DNA of 64,000 bases from the NCBI RefSeq assembly GCF_009914755.1, contig NC_060928.1; one strand, given 5' to 3'. Below the pieces are notes generated by a model, which saw only the letters and a list, made by a program, of their open reading frames with translations, was not told where the DNA came from and ran no database searches. Position 1 is the stretch's first letter; the number at the start of each line of letters is the position of its first letter. Shown here in pieces: positions 15,418 to 32,700 of this stretch. A program made the translations under genes and the position numbers. This DNA comes from the human T2T-CHM13v2.0 reference genome, Homo sapiens.

Positions 15418-15759
15418 ATGAAGGAAAAAATGTTAAGGGCAGCCAGAGAGAAAGGTCGGGTTACCCTCAAAGGGAAGCCCATCAGACTAACAGCGGATCT
15501 CTCGGCAGAAACCCTACAAGCCAGAAGAGAGTGGGGGCCAATATTCAACATTCTTAAAGGAAAGAATTTTCAACCCAGAATTTCATATCCAGCCAAACTA
15601 AGCTTCATAAGTGAAGGAGAAATAAAATACTTTACAGACAAGCAAATGCTGAGAGATTTTGTCACCACCAGGCCTGCCCTAAAAGAGCTCCTGAAGGAAG
15701 TACTAAACATGGAAAGGAACAACCGGTACCAGCCGCTGCAAAATCATGCCAAAATGTAA
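15418..15759 (+). pseudogene. L1 ORF1p C-terminal fragment (inverted segment)
   Basis: [40 protein letters not shown]...QNHAKM. Confidence 0.93.
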
Positions 15760-15822
15760 AGACCATTGAGACTAGGAAGAAACTGCATCAACTAATGAGC
15801 AAAATCACCAGCTAACATCATA

Positions 15823-18216
<2,394 letters not shown>

Positions 18217-18269
18217 GCAATTTATTTATTTACATCAATCCCGTTCATATTCAATTCATTTTTTTTGTG

Positions 18270-19030
18270 GAACAGCAACAGTGATATTTTCAAAAATATG
18301 AGTCTAATCACTGCAGGTTATTGTTTAAAAATTCTGTAATGCCTGCTCAATGCTCTTAGAATAAAATCCTACATGATATGACCTGGGCTTCGCTCATGGT
18401 GCATATTCTACTCACATCACTCAAGCTTCTTGAAAACTTCTTTCTGAGCTTTGAGCTTTCACATATGCTATTTTTTCAACTGAAAAGCTCATTACAGAGT
18501 AACACCTATATATCTTCCAAGACAGTTTAAATATCTTTTGAACAGGCTATGTTATTTTTTTCCTTTTCAGCCTTCGTAATTATTGGTTAATTTTGGGTTT
18601 AACGTCTATTTTCACTCTTAAACAGGAATCCTCTAAATAATATGACTATAATATGTGCCTGTTTTGTTTACTGCAGTTCACACTGTACCTGGAAGAAAGT
18701 CAGTGCTCATTCATTCATTAAAAAATTTTGTTGAATGTGACCTTTAGACAGGCATACTTTTCAGTACTGGGAATATATCAGTAAACAAAATAGGCAATAA
18801 TTCCTGTAGTCATGAAGCTTTCTTCGTAGTTCACAAAGAAAGATAATATAAAATAACCTAATAAGCATATAAATGTGTAGTATTTTAGCAGGTGATGATT
18901 GCTATGTAAATTGACCATAATGGAAATTGTGAAAGACTTGAACATTAAATGAGTGAGTAGGGTATGCCTCATTGAGAAGGAAGTGATGTGCTCGATAAAT
19001 ATTTGTCAAAGAATGCATGAACTTTAAGAA
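18270..19030. mobile_element. L2 LINE relics, both orientations
   Basis: aatgctcttagaataaaatcc; cattcattcatt...ttgaatg...tactgggaatatatcagtaaacaaaatagg; aaatatttgtcaaagaatgcatgaa are L2 3'-end-like. Confidence 0.55.
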
Positions 19031-20896
19031 AAGACGATTTAACAAATGCTTCCAAAGACAGCAATAATGCCATGAGAATTTAGGGAAAAATAAATGTATC
19101 AAAATGAAATAAATTAGGGATCATTTGATAAAGGAACATTAGAGCTAGGTTTTAAGCAATGTAGAGGTTTTGAGAGATTGATATTAAATATAAATTATTG
19201 GCAAAGTGTTTCATTATAAATAAATGTTACAAGAAAACATAAGAAAGTACAAAGATACGACGGACTGGTAAGTTTGATTGATGTATAAGTGAATAAGACA
19301 AAATACTCATGGAACTGGTTGAAAAGACTTTTAATATACTTTGTTAAGAGCCTAAAGATTAAAAAGAAGGATCAAGTTTAGAACTAGAAACAGTGGGAAT
19401 AATTAAGCAATTATTTGGGAGTATTTATTTGTGCATTGTGTTAAAAAAAAGTTTGGAGGTCTTACTAGCATTTAAGAAACTTCTGAAAGAACCCCATAAA
19501 AAGGTAACAATAATTTATATCACGGTAATGACAAGATAGTATAAAGCATACTCTCAGATTTTGGCAACTATTAGGATCTATGAGATGACCACTTTTAAAA
19601 AGTAAAATATGATTTCTAAATATTAATTCTGGGTGATTGTAATAAGAGAGGTGCCAGTATCCCTAACTGTGAAGTCAGGATAAATATCTCACTTGTAGGA
19701 AAATGTTGAATTTTAACATGATTATAACTGTGACATGTCATTGTATATTTGGGTCATTTCCTTCAGCAGTCTATTAAATCCACTCATAGAACTTGAGAAA
19801 CAGATTGAGATATATACATTTGCTAGCTATCTTTAACTATTATATTTATAAAAATATTTTGATGAGATATCTGACAGAAAGTATAAAGAGAAGAATAATG
19901 ACTTAAAACAAAAGCCTAGACAACACATATTGGATCAGAAAAAGAATGCTGTATCAAGGAGGAAGAGATTTCAAAGAGGCAAATAAGAAAAAAGTAAATT
20001 CGAGGTAAGAAAACTAAAAGCATGTAGACTATTAAAGTCAAATAATGAAATAATATCAAAAATAAAAGATAGTTTAAATAGTGTAGAAAAACCTAAGAAC
20101 TAAAAATAATTATTGATAATCTGGAAATAATGTGGATAATAATTACTGAAATATGTACGTTAGTATATGGAATGGGGTGGTGACAATGGCTTTTGTGATG
20201 TATTAAGGACTGAATGGGTAAATATTTGAGAATAAAGTAGAAATAAGGACAATATACTGTCCTTTCAGAGAGTTTGTCAATTATATAAACACAAAATTAA
20301 TTGTGTAGTTCATAGTAGATATTTAATTCAGAGAAATTATTTTCAATGCCCTTTAGAGACAAGAAGTAGGTATGGTTTTATTCACAGAGGGGAAAGAAGT
20401 AAGATCAGAAAGGGAGAGAAAAAAGAGGAAAGTAATTTTCTGGAGAAAAAATGAAATAATAGAAATTTGATGTTAGGTGAGATTACCTTTTAGAGGTGGA
20501 GAGACATTGCTGAAGAAAAAGAAGAGGAAAATGAAAGAGAAGTTGAAATAAATAACTTAGATAAAAGATTACAATTGGAAGCTAACAAGACATTAAACAG
20601 GATTGTGTACAGACTGGTCTTTCCTGAAATAAAAGGGCCCTGACGATCAGACAACAAATGCCCAAGATGCCAGGAACACAATCAAGAGTCAGAGAGATAT
20701 TTAATTGAGCATTGATCAGAGGATAATGAATGCTTATATTTGGCACTGAATAGGTTTAGCAGGAGGTGATAAAGACCTAATAACTGAAACTAAAATTCAT
20801 GACATTATTTAGTCAATGGAATACTGGAATAAAGTAGAGAGAAATTTGTTCCCACAGTTCTGGAAAAAAATACTCAAACATTAGGGAACATGATAA

Positions 20897-21232
<336 letters not shown>

Positions 21233-21639
21233 AGGTCCATTTTCTAAAACTGTGATAAAAATGATCAGGACAGGGCTAGAATTCATGGGCTAGACATCCC
21301 AAATTAGAAGAAAATAAGCAATAATTCTCATTTGTTTTTGATAGTCTTTCATAGTCTGAGCTATCTCTAATTCCCTTACTGTAATAGCAGGGTTTTCCAT
21401 CATGTCAATGATGGCCTCTATAGCTACAATTTGTGATAAGGTCATTTCATATGCGAAAGTAAGTAAGAGTCAGAAGAAGAGAATCAATGAGTTGATTGTG
21501 CCAAACAATAGTGCATAGTACAGTTTTGTGAAATTTTGTAGCAATAACCAGAAGGTTGACAATAGAATCAGAGAAAGCAGAGAGTAGGAATTTCTCAGGC
21601 CTGACCATCATTAAGGGAGCATGACAGAAGTTAACATGG

Positions 21640-22330
21640 AAATATAGTACTTATTTGTTGATCATAACATATTTGAGATATGTATATAGAGAAAAATACT
21701 GTTTGACTAAGAGTTAAGGAGTCAGAGTAGAGTGGGAGGTATGATTTATTGAGTAAACATAGAAGGCCTTGCTAGCATGGTGATAATTTGAAAACACTTG
21801 AAAAGAAAGAAGAATGAATCACACTAAGAAAGGGATGTTTCAGAGAGAGGGAAGAATAAATTCAAAGATCTTAAGGCAGAACCTTACTTGGTGTGTTTTA
21901 GGGACTGGAGTAAAGTAAACCAGAAGAAAAGAGTCAGGAGAGAAGTTCAGATGGAAGCGTATTCGACTATAAGAGGCTTTGTCGGACACCTAACACTGGT
22001 GCTTCTTTGCCCAGTGGAATTTCTTCATATTGAAGATTTTTGAGCAGATGACTTATATAATCTGACTTTCATTTTAGATTCACATTTGTCTTTATGGAAA
22101 GGACTAAGGGTATGAGAAGGGAAACAAGTAAGAAGGTTTTATTTTAATAATCTAGATTAAAGATGATAGGGTTTTCGACCTTGGTGGGTATGATGAGAAG
22201 TCAGATATAATTTGAAGCTAAAGGTAACATTTGCTGGTGGATTTTAGGTGGGGATTGAGAAAAAGAGTAGTTAAGGATAAATTCAAGTTTTGGGAGTGAG
22301 CATTTGAAGAAATGCAATATCCATGCAGTC
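21640..22330 (-). mobile_element. L2 LINE relic
   Basis: gattttgagcagatgacttatataatctgactttcatttt...ataatctagattaaagatgatagg...gagaagtcagatataatttgaag is typical antisense L2. Confidence 0.65.
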
Positions 22331-23944
22331 TTTCAAAATTAAAACTCTAATCCCAGACTTAATTTTGAAGGTTCCTTGTGGATTAGTAACTTTCATACTT
22401 AATTACCATCATTTCAGTTAAATTTCAGAAGGGAGTAGAAGTAAATAAGCTTGTTCAGTCTTCTCTGTTTAATGAAAGCTTCATTAATTCAGTTTCTATA
22501 TGCTATCTACTTGGGATGTATATGGCATTTATTCAGTTTATTCAATTAGATTAAACAACAAAATTAATGATACAAAATTCCCAAGAAACAAGATAATATT
22601 GGGTTTTATTCAAGTTATTTTAATTATTTCTATCTAAAGATATAATAATGTTTGAAGTCATTTTTCAAGTCATCTTTTAAAATGTATCTCTTACTTTAAT
22701 TTTTATTTTAATTTGTACTAGTGACATAAAATAGAGAGAGGAGAAGGGAGAGAAAAAACATCTCAATTAACAAACAAGAAAACAAGTTTAAAGAAGGATG
22801 AAGGATGCTAATCTGTGCATATAATTGTATATTTGGTGAACTTTTGTTCTCATTTAGAATTTGAACTATTATCGGTAGGGTTATTTTTGGATAAAATAAA
22901 ATAGTATAAGAAAACTGCAGTTCAAATTGTGGTCTAAAATGATGGATGACTATATTTGTTCCAGTACTTCAGGGATGGATTAAGCTATTGAAAAAGCACT
23001 CAACATTGGGTAAGGAACAGTAATATATGTGAAATTCTACAGTTAATGCATCATTAAATAATTTGTTGTGACTGATTTATAGGTGCAATATACTACATGG
23101 TGTCAAACAGTGCAATATAATAAATGGTATAAAAAATATACTCCCAAAATTGTTGTTATAGTCAGTCTTTTAAGTTTAACCTTAGCACTTACCTGAGTCG
23201 TTGAGGCATTTTGTTTTCCCCTTGATAGTATCCACAGTCTAATAGCTTTTGACTGGTGGCCTATATTTGCTGAATCCTGTGGTCTCAAAAAAATTATCTG
23301 CTTTATAATAAAGGACTAAGAAAAGTGTGCAGTCCAGTTGATGGCAATTGCAACAGGTAGACTTTTCCTAGTTAGGATACTAGAAAATGAATATAACTTT
23401 AGTTGCAGGAACTCTAAAATTCTAATGCAATTGACTTGTAAATGTTTTGTTGATTACCTGGCAGTTAGCTTTTTTTGCCATAACAAACTACCCAATTCAT
23501 TTTAGTTTGACAAAAAAGCTATTTATTTAACTCAGGTTTCCTTGAGTGAGCTATTTCAACTGTAGTCAGCTGAGCAATTATCCTATTCATCAAAGTGCCT
23601 CTGTCTCTGAAGGATGGGTGACTGTCGGTTCAGGGAATGGGGCTGAAGGGGGTGTCGAGGTGAGCATTACTGGGCCACGTGTCTCTCAATATCCAGAAAA
23701 CTAGCCCAAGGGTTGTTCACGTGCAGATGGTTACAGGGTTTTCAAGGGCATCAAGAAAAGATGAGCCTCATACACAAGGTTTTATTCAAGTCTCTATTTG
23801 TGTCATGCTTGCTAATACGCCTTTAGCCAAACAAGTCACTGGAAGGCACTTCAAGTTGCACGGCCAGGGGACCTAGTTACAGGGAGGATGTATTAGTTTG
23901 CTAGGGCCACTATAACAAAGTACCACAGACTAAACGGCTTAAAC

Positions 23945-24290
23945 CAGCGGTCCCCAACTTTTGGGCTCCAGGGTCTGGTTTCATGGAAGATGATTTTTCC
24001 ATGAACAGGTGGGGGTGGTGTGTGGTGGGGAGGCGGGGCGGATGGTTTGGGTTTGGGGATGAAACTGCTCTTCCTCAGATTATCAGGCATTAGATTCTCA
24101 CAAGGAGCACACAACCTAGATAACTTGCATGCGCAATTCACAATAAGGTTCATGCTCCTATGACAATCTAATGTCACTGCTGATTTGACAGGAGGTGGAG
24201 CTCAGGTGGTAATGTTTGCTGGCCCTCTGCTCACCTCCTGCTGTGCAGCCCAGTTTGTAAAAGGCCACAGACCAGTACTGGGGACCCCTG
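23945..24290 (+). mobile_element. MER1B (hAT-Charlie non-autonomous element)
   Basis: Termini cagcggtcccca...tggggacccctg and internal cattagattctcacaaggagc. 8-bp TSD gcttaaac / gattaaac. Confidence 0.92.
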
Positions 24291-24358
24291 GATTAAACAG
24301 CATAAATTTATTTCCTCACAGTTCTGGATTCCAGAAATCCAAAATCAAGGTGTCAGCA

Positions 24359-24872
24359 TGTTACTGTACCAAGTAGCTTAGCTTCAATATGCATTTTGAA
24401 ATTGTTTTTCTTTTCTCATTTTAGCCTTGAAGTATAATTTGATACTCTTAGTTTCCCTCCCTTCCCGTCAGGTACTGTCTTGCACTGTGCTCGCTCATCT
24501 AATTATGTGGTTGCTTAGAAATTCCAGGGGCTAATCTGGAAATAAATCAGGCATGGAGACCCACATGTGGAATTCTCCCCAATCTAAATGTTATTTCAAG
24601 GTGGCTAATCTACCACCTGGCCATTGTGGAGATAGTGCCAGCCTGCAATTCAAGATAGTCATGGGAACAAGACATGCAGACCTGTACCCTGCCCCACTCC
24701 TGCATGTTTCCCACACCAAGTTTCCCTTCTTAAATCCCCTCACTCAGCCTAAAATTTGAGATGGTTTCTTGGAGGCCTTAGCCCAGCCATCTCCTCAACT
24801 GCTGACATTTGATAAATAAAGCTGCTTTCCACTTATCTCTTTTATATTCAGCCAGACTTGAGTTCAGTTACA
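24359..24872 (+). mobile_element. ERV1-class solo LTR (MER4 group; exact family not certain)
   Basis: TG...CA termini (tgttac...gttaca), perfect 4-bp TSD agca, and AATAAA at 24815-24820. It interrupts MLT1A precisely. Confidence 0.8.
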
Positions 24873-25338
24873 AGCAGGGCTGGTTTCTTCTGAAAGCCTT
24901 TCACCTTGGCCTGTAGATGGCTGTTTTCTTCCAGTGTGCTGGCATTGTATTCCTTTTGTTTGTGTCTGTGTTCTTATAAGGACACAAGTCATCTTCGCTT
25001 AGAACCCAAACAAATGACTGCATTTTACCTTATTCACTTTTATAAAGGCCTTTTCTCCAAATATAGTCACATTCTGAGGTCCTAACGACTAGAACTTTAA
25101 CTTATTATATTTGGGGATAGACAATTAAACCCATAACAGAAGGGAAGAACCTGTGGGGGATTTTCATTTTATTTTTTGCCGACCTTACATTCCTTACTCA
25201 GTAATTGATCCAGGAAAACACAATTGTGTAGCAGGCTACTGCTATGGGTATTCCAAACTTCTGACGTACAAAGCTCTCTTTAATCTATCTTTAATATCAG
25301 AACATTTTTAATGTTAGAGATTCAATTTTAGGTTAAGG

Positions 25339-25545
25339 CAGGGATTTCCAACCTCAGCACAACAGATATTTTCACCAAATAATTCTTTGTTGTGTGGGCT
25401 TTCCTATGCAATATAGCATGTTTGCCAGATCCCTGGTTCCAACTTGCTAGATACCAATAGTGCTCCTCACCTGTTATGACAAAAATGTCTTCAGACATTG
25501 ACATATGTTCACAGGGCGACAAAAATTAGAATTTCTAGGTTAAGA
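25339..25545 (-). mobile_element. MER20 (hAT-Charlie)
   Basis: cagggatttccaacctcagcac...ataattctttgttgtg...aaaaatgtcttcagacattgacatatgtt. Confidence 0.85.
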
Positions 25546-25899
25546 GATAAATTCTAAGTAGGAGAAAAGGCATTTCTTAAATTGACATTTAAGTTAAGAG
25601 GAAGGAGTAAGACATGAACTTTTAGCATCTGCTACTATGTCTTTCTAAAAATAAATTTATGAGATTTTTATATTTTCCACCTTGGAGTGCAGAATCCTAT
25701 AGGCATGAGGCTAAGTACATACACACTATGAACCAGACAGAAGGCACTCTCCAACATTTAGGTAAGAGTACAACAAGGAAATTATCTTAGGCAACTGCCT
25801 CCTAAAGACAAATTAGCTTGAATCTCTTTAGAATTTTCATTTTTGCTTCCTCAGGAAAACAATACTATTGATAAAATATTAAACTCTGAAATACTTTTT

Positions 25900-26650
25900 G
25901 AAAAGTAAGCAAATAAAAATATTTTTAAAAATCATAAGTATTTGACAAGTATAAATTAGCTAGCCTTCTCTTAAAGAAAAATACTTTCATATAACACAAA
26001 AAATAAAACCTACTAATATGTGACTCACAATCATACATATATATCTGTGCTGCATAGTGGATGAGCAAAAATATATCATGCAAATAGAAACAAATATAAA
26101 GCAGGCAACACTAATTTCAGGCATAGTCAGTTTTAAAATAAAAATGAGGTGATTATATGACAAAGCAATGTAACATAAAAATTAATATTAAAAATCAAAA
26201 CAGACTTCCATAAACATTTTTATAGAAAATTACATGTCATTATATGCAAATTAATACATATAGAATATAACAAAATTGTGCTCTGGACTATTTTCTAATC
26301 ACCAGAAGTCAACATAGACAAGGTAGTCAAAAATTTATCAAATATAGAATGTTTCCTTGTATAAATGATATGATTGAATTATGTTGTATTTATGTAAACC
26401 AAGATCTGTTTATAGGTACCTGAAAGACAAAATGTTGCATCCTAAAATTAATGGACCTTTTTAAATGCTTATACTATATTATAAATGTATCCTATACTAG
26501 ACAAAAATGAACAAGTACTTTGTCTCTGACGAGGGTTTAAAAGATTTATAAACTCATTACTAAAAATGTATTTTAAAAATATTTAGTGTAATATCAGTCT
26601 CCTGAAGACTAAAAAGAAATCTGGGAAAATTATCAGCTAATTACAGAATT
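25900..26650 (+). mobile_element. Ancient L1M ORF2 (endonuclease-region) relic
   Basis: A-rich sequence; ggatgagcaaaaatatatcatgcaaatagaaacaaatataaagcagg resembles the GWKKIYHANxxxKKAG segment. Confidence 0.45.
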
Positions 26651-27748
26651 AATGGCCCTGAAATGAGGAACACATTTTACTTCTGTTATTGCCAACTCTC
26701 AGGCTATAAAATGTGTCAATTTTCACTTCCATTGTCAATACATATAAGAGAATCTTTGTCCTGAATCCATTGTATTCAATTGGCACCATATATGTGAATC
26801 TTTTCTTGATTTTTAAATTCTTTTTGTGTACATTTGGCTGTAACTTCAGTAAAAAATAATTATCCATTTTATTATATTTGTAATAACAAAGTATTTCAAA
26901 ATATTAACAATGATATTATCTTCCATCCTTACAGTCTTCAGATGCCCTCACTTGAGCACAAAAAGATTCTCCAACCCTATTTTCTAGACTAAATTGCCAG
27001 ACATAACTTATCCACTGTTTTGGGGGAAAAGACAATTATGAAATAGGAAAAGGGAAAGTATTTCCTGATAATAACAATTTAAAAGATGGGCACGTAAGTA
27101 TTGGATTTAAAGATTTGTACGCATAATAGATTAACACTTTTTCCACTCTACTCTAGGAGAGTAAGAAATGAAGGACCACACATCAGGAGCAGAATAGGCT
27201 CAAGAGAACACAAGACTCCTCAAAATCAATGCAGTCTTTTGCCAGCACCAGAAAATTCCCTAAAACCAGAGGCATTATTCATTGTCTTTGTAGATTAAGG
27301 TCCAGCAATCAACAGCAGCCAGTGTGTTACCTGGTCATTAGCTTTTTTTGGTGTCACAGTTTGGATAGATAATCCAAGACAATTGCAAGCATCTGAGAAT
27401 TAAAGGTTAGGACCTATAAACCTAGAGAGATTTTGAGTGTTTGGAAGGGCTCCTGCATCTGACCAAGATTGAATAGATGGAATATCGCTAGTAAAAACAG
27501 TGAAACACATTTTCCCTATTATGTATGTTAGTCTCTGTGTGTACATCTAATACAAGTAAATTTATAGTGGACTACTGTGTTTCTTATCTAAAGACATATC
27601 ATTGAGTTCACTAATGTCATATGTCTACAGACTAAGGATTTTATAGTAAGATCTCTAATATTTGGGCACTAATGATAAGTTAATAAAAGTTGGTATTTAA
27701 TTGAAGTCTGAGAATAAGTCTTAATTCTTGGCCAAGGAATTGGTCAGC

Positions 27749-28640
27749 ACTATAAACTAAATTTATGTCTTCCACAAAATTATTATTTTGAAGTCTTAAT
27801 CCCCAATGTGATGATATTTGTAGGTGAGGCCTTTAGGAGGTAATTAAGTTTGTATGAGATCATGAGGGTTGTATCCCCCTGAAGGGATTAACGCCCTTAT
27901 AAGCAATCCAATTACTGGGTAGATACCCAAGGGGTCATAAATCATTCTACTATAAAGACATATGCACATGTATGTTTATTGCAGCACTGTTCACAATAGC
28001 AAAGACTTAGAACCAACCCAAATGCCCATCAATGATAGACTGGATAAAGAAAATGTGGCACAAATACACGATGGAATACTATGCAGCCATAAAAAAGGAT
28101 GAGTTCATGTCATTTGCAGGGACATGGATGAAGCTGGAAACCATCATTCTCAGCAAACTAACAGAGGAATAGAAAACCAAACACCACATGCTCTCACTCA
28201 TAAGTAGGAGCGGAACAATGAGTACACATGGACACAGGGAGGGGGACATCACATACCGGGGCCTGTCATGGGGTAGGGAGCTAGGGGAGGGACAGCATTT
28301 GGAGAAATACCTAATGTGGATGGCAGGTTGATGGGTGCAGCAACCACCGTGGCACACATATACCTATGTAACAAACCTGCACGTTCTGCACATGTATCCC
28401 AGAACTTAAAATATAATTAGAAAAATAAAATAAAAAGAGGAAGAGAGAGGAGGTCTTTTTCTCTATTTCTGAGCAAGGATGGACATGTGAGGACATACCC
28501 TGGAAGGCGACCCTCACCAAGAACCTGCCTATGCTGACTCTCTGATCGCGACTTTCAGGGTCCAGAACTGTGAAAAACAGATTTCTCTTGTTTAAGCCAC
28601 GCTGTTCATAATATTCTGTTATAGTAGCCCACCTCACCAT
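27749..28640 (+). mobile_element. MLT1A/MST-like LTR split by an L1 3' fragment
   Basis: gaagtcttaatccccaatgtgatgatatttgtaggtgaggcctttaggaggtaatta...gcccttataag, resuming aagagagag...tccagaactgtgaaaaacagatttctcttgtttaagccac. Confidence 0.8.
27904..28437 (+). mobile_element. L1PA7-like 3' fragment
   Basis: aatcattctactataaagaca...aacaaacctgcacgttctgcacatgtatcccagaacttaaa followed by an A-rich tail. Confidence 0.9.
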
Positions 28641-29865
28641 AAGTATGTAAATTACCAGCTTCTGCACCACCACAGGGATTTACTGTGAAGCTGAAAGTAA
28701 TTGAAATATAAAGTGCCTAGAATACTGCCTAACACATACTAGTAGGAATTACTGCTACTATTACCAATTCTAATTAGCTGTAAAGTAATATATTTAAAAT
28801 GCAATGGTGTTAAATATCATTTAATAATGCTATGATTTGTAGGAAGGTTATATTGAAGTAAAGAATAAGAAAATAATAGTGGCATACATATGAAAACCCT
28901 AAATTAGAGCAAAAATAAGAAGAGAAAAATGAAATAGTTTCCATTCCAGGTAACAGTCTGAGCTATCTGAAATTGAGATTTCTTACAGAATTCCGCTGGA
29001 TATTTAGGGGTACACAGAGCCATCCTTGGCTCCTATGGACGTTAAGTGTGTTCACTTATCTGTCATTGAAAGAAAACTGACAGTACTGCTCTCACCTCTA
29101 GTGAAAAGAGAAACTGGGGAAAAGCCCTCCTTATACAATGCAACACCTTTCAGAAATTTGACTTTAGTCGGTTCAAGGTAAATTTGTGGCATGATCATTT
29201 AAGTCTTCATATTCCTTTTTATAAAATTTACTTTCAAACTTTAGCCCCTTTTTTCTACATGTTGGCAAAATCTAAGGATTTCAGGCTCACAGAACCTTTG
29301 TTTTTAACTTTCTGATAGTGTTTTACTCCACAAAATATACTAAAAAACTAATGCCCTGATATAAACAATATTTAAAATTCACAAGAAAAAGATGAGTACC
29401 TCAGAGTTTTGGCAAGGATTATGAATGTGTATAACACAAAATAATTACAAATATATTTGCGTGATATATAATTATTTTTTGTAACTGAAAAAATACACAA
29501 TTTTTTTAAAAAAGGCATCACATGTTTTCATCTATCAAATTGGCAAAATCAAAGATTAAATGATGCCATTTATTCAGGTTCCAAGCATATAAAAACAAGT
29601 TCACACAAGGAAGATGAGATTTTATTTTGATATAATAATTTGCAATTTTTAGCAAAAAACATGTTTGATACTATTTACATTTTTAGAATATATTCAATAA
29701 ATATGATTATGAATTTAAAAATTTATAAGTAATGTTATTTGTGACATTGTATTTATAGAGAGAAAAGTAATAAGAGATTAAATAAATTACCCCCAAAAAG
29801 GGCAGATGAAATAATTAATGTGATATCCATAAAGTGGAGTGGTATGAAGCATTAAAAAGAATATA

Positions 29866-30215
29866 TATCTTAGTCCATTTGGGCTTCTATAACAAAATAC
29901 CATAAACTGGGTGGCTTATTTACAACAAACATTAATTTCTCACTGCTCTGGAGGCCAGAAATCTAAGATCAAGGTGCTGGCAGATTCAGTGTCTGGAAAA
30001 GCCCCACTTTTTTTTACAAGTTCCTGCCTAACATGGTGGAAGGGGCAAGGGGTCTCTCTCAGACCTCTTTTATAAGACCACTAATCCCACTCATGTGGAC
30101 TCTACCCTAATGACCTAATCTCCTCCCACAGTCTCCATCTCCTAATACCATCATCTTGGGAGTTAAGATTTCAATATATAAATTTAGGGAAGACTAAAAC
30201 AGTGAATCCGTAGCA
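29866..30215 (-). mobile_element. MLT1A/MSTD-like MaLR LTR, probably within an L1ME relic
   Basis: tatcttagtccatttgggcttctataacaaaataccataaactgggtggctta...ctaatcccactcatg...ccgtagca. Confidence 0.85.
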
Positions 30216-30326
30216 ATAAAGTATAATTATTTATATTGACATGGGCATATCTAAAATATATTTTTAAGTGAAAAAGGAATTTTTAGTACAAAAGTCCTGA
30301 TTACATTCATATAGTGGTTATCATAA

Positions 30327-30659
<333 letters not shown>

Positions 30660-30691
30660 TATATATTTTTCTTCATTTTTAAAATAATTAT

Positions 30692-31055
30692 TGATATGGT
30701 TTGGCTGTGTCCTCACTGAAATCTCATCTTGAATTGTAATCCCCATAAGCCTCATGTGTCATGGAAGGGACTTGGTCAGGGGTAATTGAATCATGGGGGT
30801 GGTTTTCCCCATACTCATCTTGTGATAGTGAGTGAGTTCTCATGAGACCTGATGGTTTTGTAAGCATCTGGCATTTCCCCTGCTTGCACTCATTCTCTCT
30901 CCTGCTGCCCTGTGAAGAGGTGCCTTCTGCCATGATTGTAAGTTTCCCGAGGCCTCCCCAGCCATGTGGAACTGTGAGTCAATTAAACCTCTTTTCTTTA
31001 TAAATTACCTAGTCTCAGGTATTTCCTCATAGCAGCATAAGAACAGAATAATACA
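30692..31055 (+). mobile_element. THE1D-like MaLR solo LTR
   Basis: tgatatggtttggctgtgtcc...catctggcatttcccctgc...tgtgagtcaattaaacctcttttctttataaattacc...aataca. Confidence 0.92.
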
Positions 31056-32129
31056 GTTAGCAAAACATGTATTATAACACTTTGTAAATTAATGATTCTA
31101 TTAGTTTTAACAAATAAATCATTAGGTATTCAATACTCCACAAATGCTGTATCATGCATCAAGGCACTTGACTAACAGTTCTAATCTTAGAAATGTATCA
31201 TTGGCAATATAATAAAGATACTGTAGAAATTATATTTGACACCAAAAAATCCACTTTTAGTTTTAAGTAATAGCATGAAAGATTAGACAAAACACAAGGA
31301 ATTCTAAAGATCTGATTTTGAAATATTAATTTTCTCACTTCCACACACTGTATTTAAGTTTTAAATTCCTGATTGATTAAATGAGGCGCTTAATCAAGAG
31401 CTTGAAGATTGCTTCCAGCTCATTATATAATTTTTTTAAACCTTCGATTTTCTTATCTTGCAACTTTTCTACTACATTTTATACTTTTTTCAACAGGTGA
31501 AAATGTGTAAGAAATTATAACTTCACAATTATATTTGAGTCTAAATAATGTTGCAAAGCTCTGATTCTCAATATCCCTATAAGGAAATGCTGCTGAAAAA
31601 TCTTACCCAGGGCATAACTAAAGGATTGTTTCAGATATTTTAATGACAGCTGAGCATCGAATGCCATCTTTTTCATGGAAGATAATTGTGTTAGAAAAAT
31701 AGAGGTAAAATGTTGATAATAATTGAAGACATTAAGAAAGTCCTTACATGTGTAATGTTAGATGATGTGAACCAGTTCAAGAGAATGTCAGCTTTATGGA
31801 TTTCGCTGCATCTCTCACAAAAATAACCATTTTTAAAATGATCTTATTGAATCTAATTTTTTATTCCTAGCTTTGATTAAAGCTGTATTTATAGATAATC
31901 ACCTCAAACATTTAAGCATCTATACATAAAATATTTTATTAAATTAAGTGTCAGAGGGTTCTAAGAGACACAATTTAGGAATTTTATGTTAACTAAATTA
32001 GGACAGGGAGAGAGAGGTAAGTTTTAAATAAGATATCTTAAGTTGGTCTCATATAGAACTTCAGTTCACCACTCCTTTTTAAAGGAGTGAAAAACTCAAA
32101 TAATATATATAGCATTGCATTTCTTAAGT

Positions 32130-32700
32130 AACTACATACACACATAAATATATCACTATCAAAAAACATTTCTGTCACCTGAGGGAGTTTCGAATTTTCT
32201 ATGTCTCTTCCTAGTCTCTTTCCCCAAACCTCTACTAACCATAGTTAATTTTGTCTGAGGATTTTATATAAGTGAAATTATACAGTAAGTGTAAAGTTTT
32301 TGAGATCTATTCTTGATGTACTTTATCTGTAATTTGTTGCTTTTACTTGGACATATATATGTGTATATATGGATGTCTGTCTATATATATATGTATAAGT
32401 AAAAACTTTAGAAATTTTAGAAAGAAAGCTTTTAGAAATAGAGCTACTATGATCACTCTCGAACCAGGTAGTCTTTCTTTGTTCATATGCTTTCTTTTCT
32501 CTTAAGAAAGTATTAAGGAGTGGAATTGCTGAGTCATAGCAAAAAAAAATGTATGTTTAACATTTTAAGTAGCTTCTAAATCATTTTTCAAAGTGATTGT
32601 GTCATTTCACACTCCCCTCATCAGTATATGAGAGTTTTCACTTAATTTCCAGCATTTAAGATTGTCAGTCTTTCATTTTAATCATCTTCTTTTGATGCTT
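32130..32700 (-). mobile_element. Ancient L1ME/MC 3' relic
   Basis: aggagtggaattgctgagtcatag...ttttcaaagtgattgtgtcatttcacactcccctcatcagtatatgagagtt. Confidence 0.6.

Larger units (their letters stand above)
23889..25138 (-). mobile_element. MLT1A-like LTR interrupted by MER1B and an ERV1-type LTR
   Basis: tgtattagtttgctagggcc...; cacagttctgga...aatcaaggtgtcagca; gggctggtttcttctga...tagtcacattctgaggt...cccataaca. Confidence 0.85.
23460..25190 (-). mobile_element. Old MLT1 (F/G/H-like) LTR, split by younger insertions at 23889-25138
   Basis: cagttagcttttttgccataacaaactacccaa...cacgtgtctctcaatatccag...cttgctaatacgcctttagccaaacaagtcact...tacagggagga, resuming gaagggaagaa...ccttaca. Confidence 0.6.
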
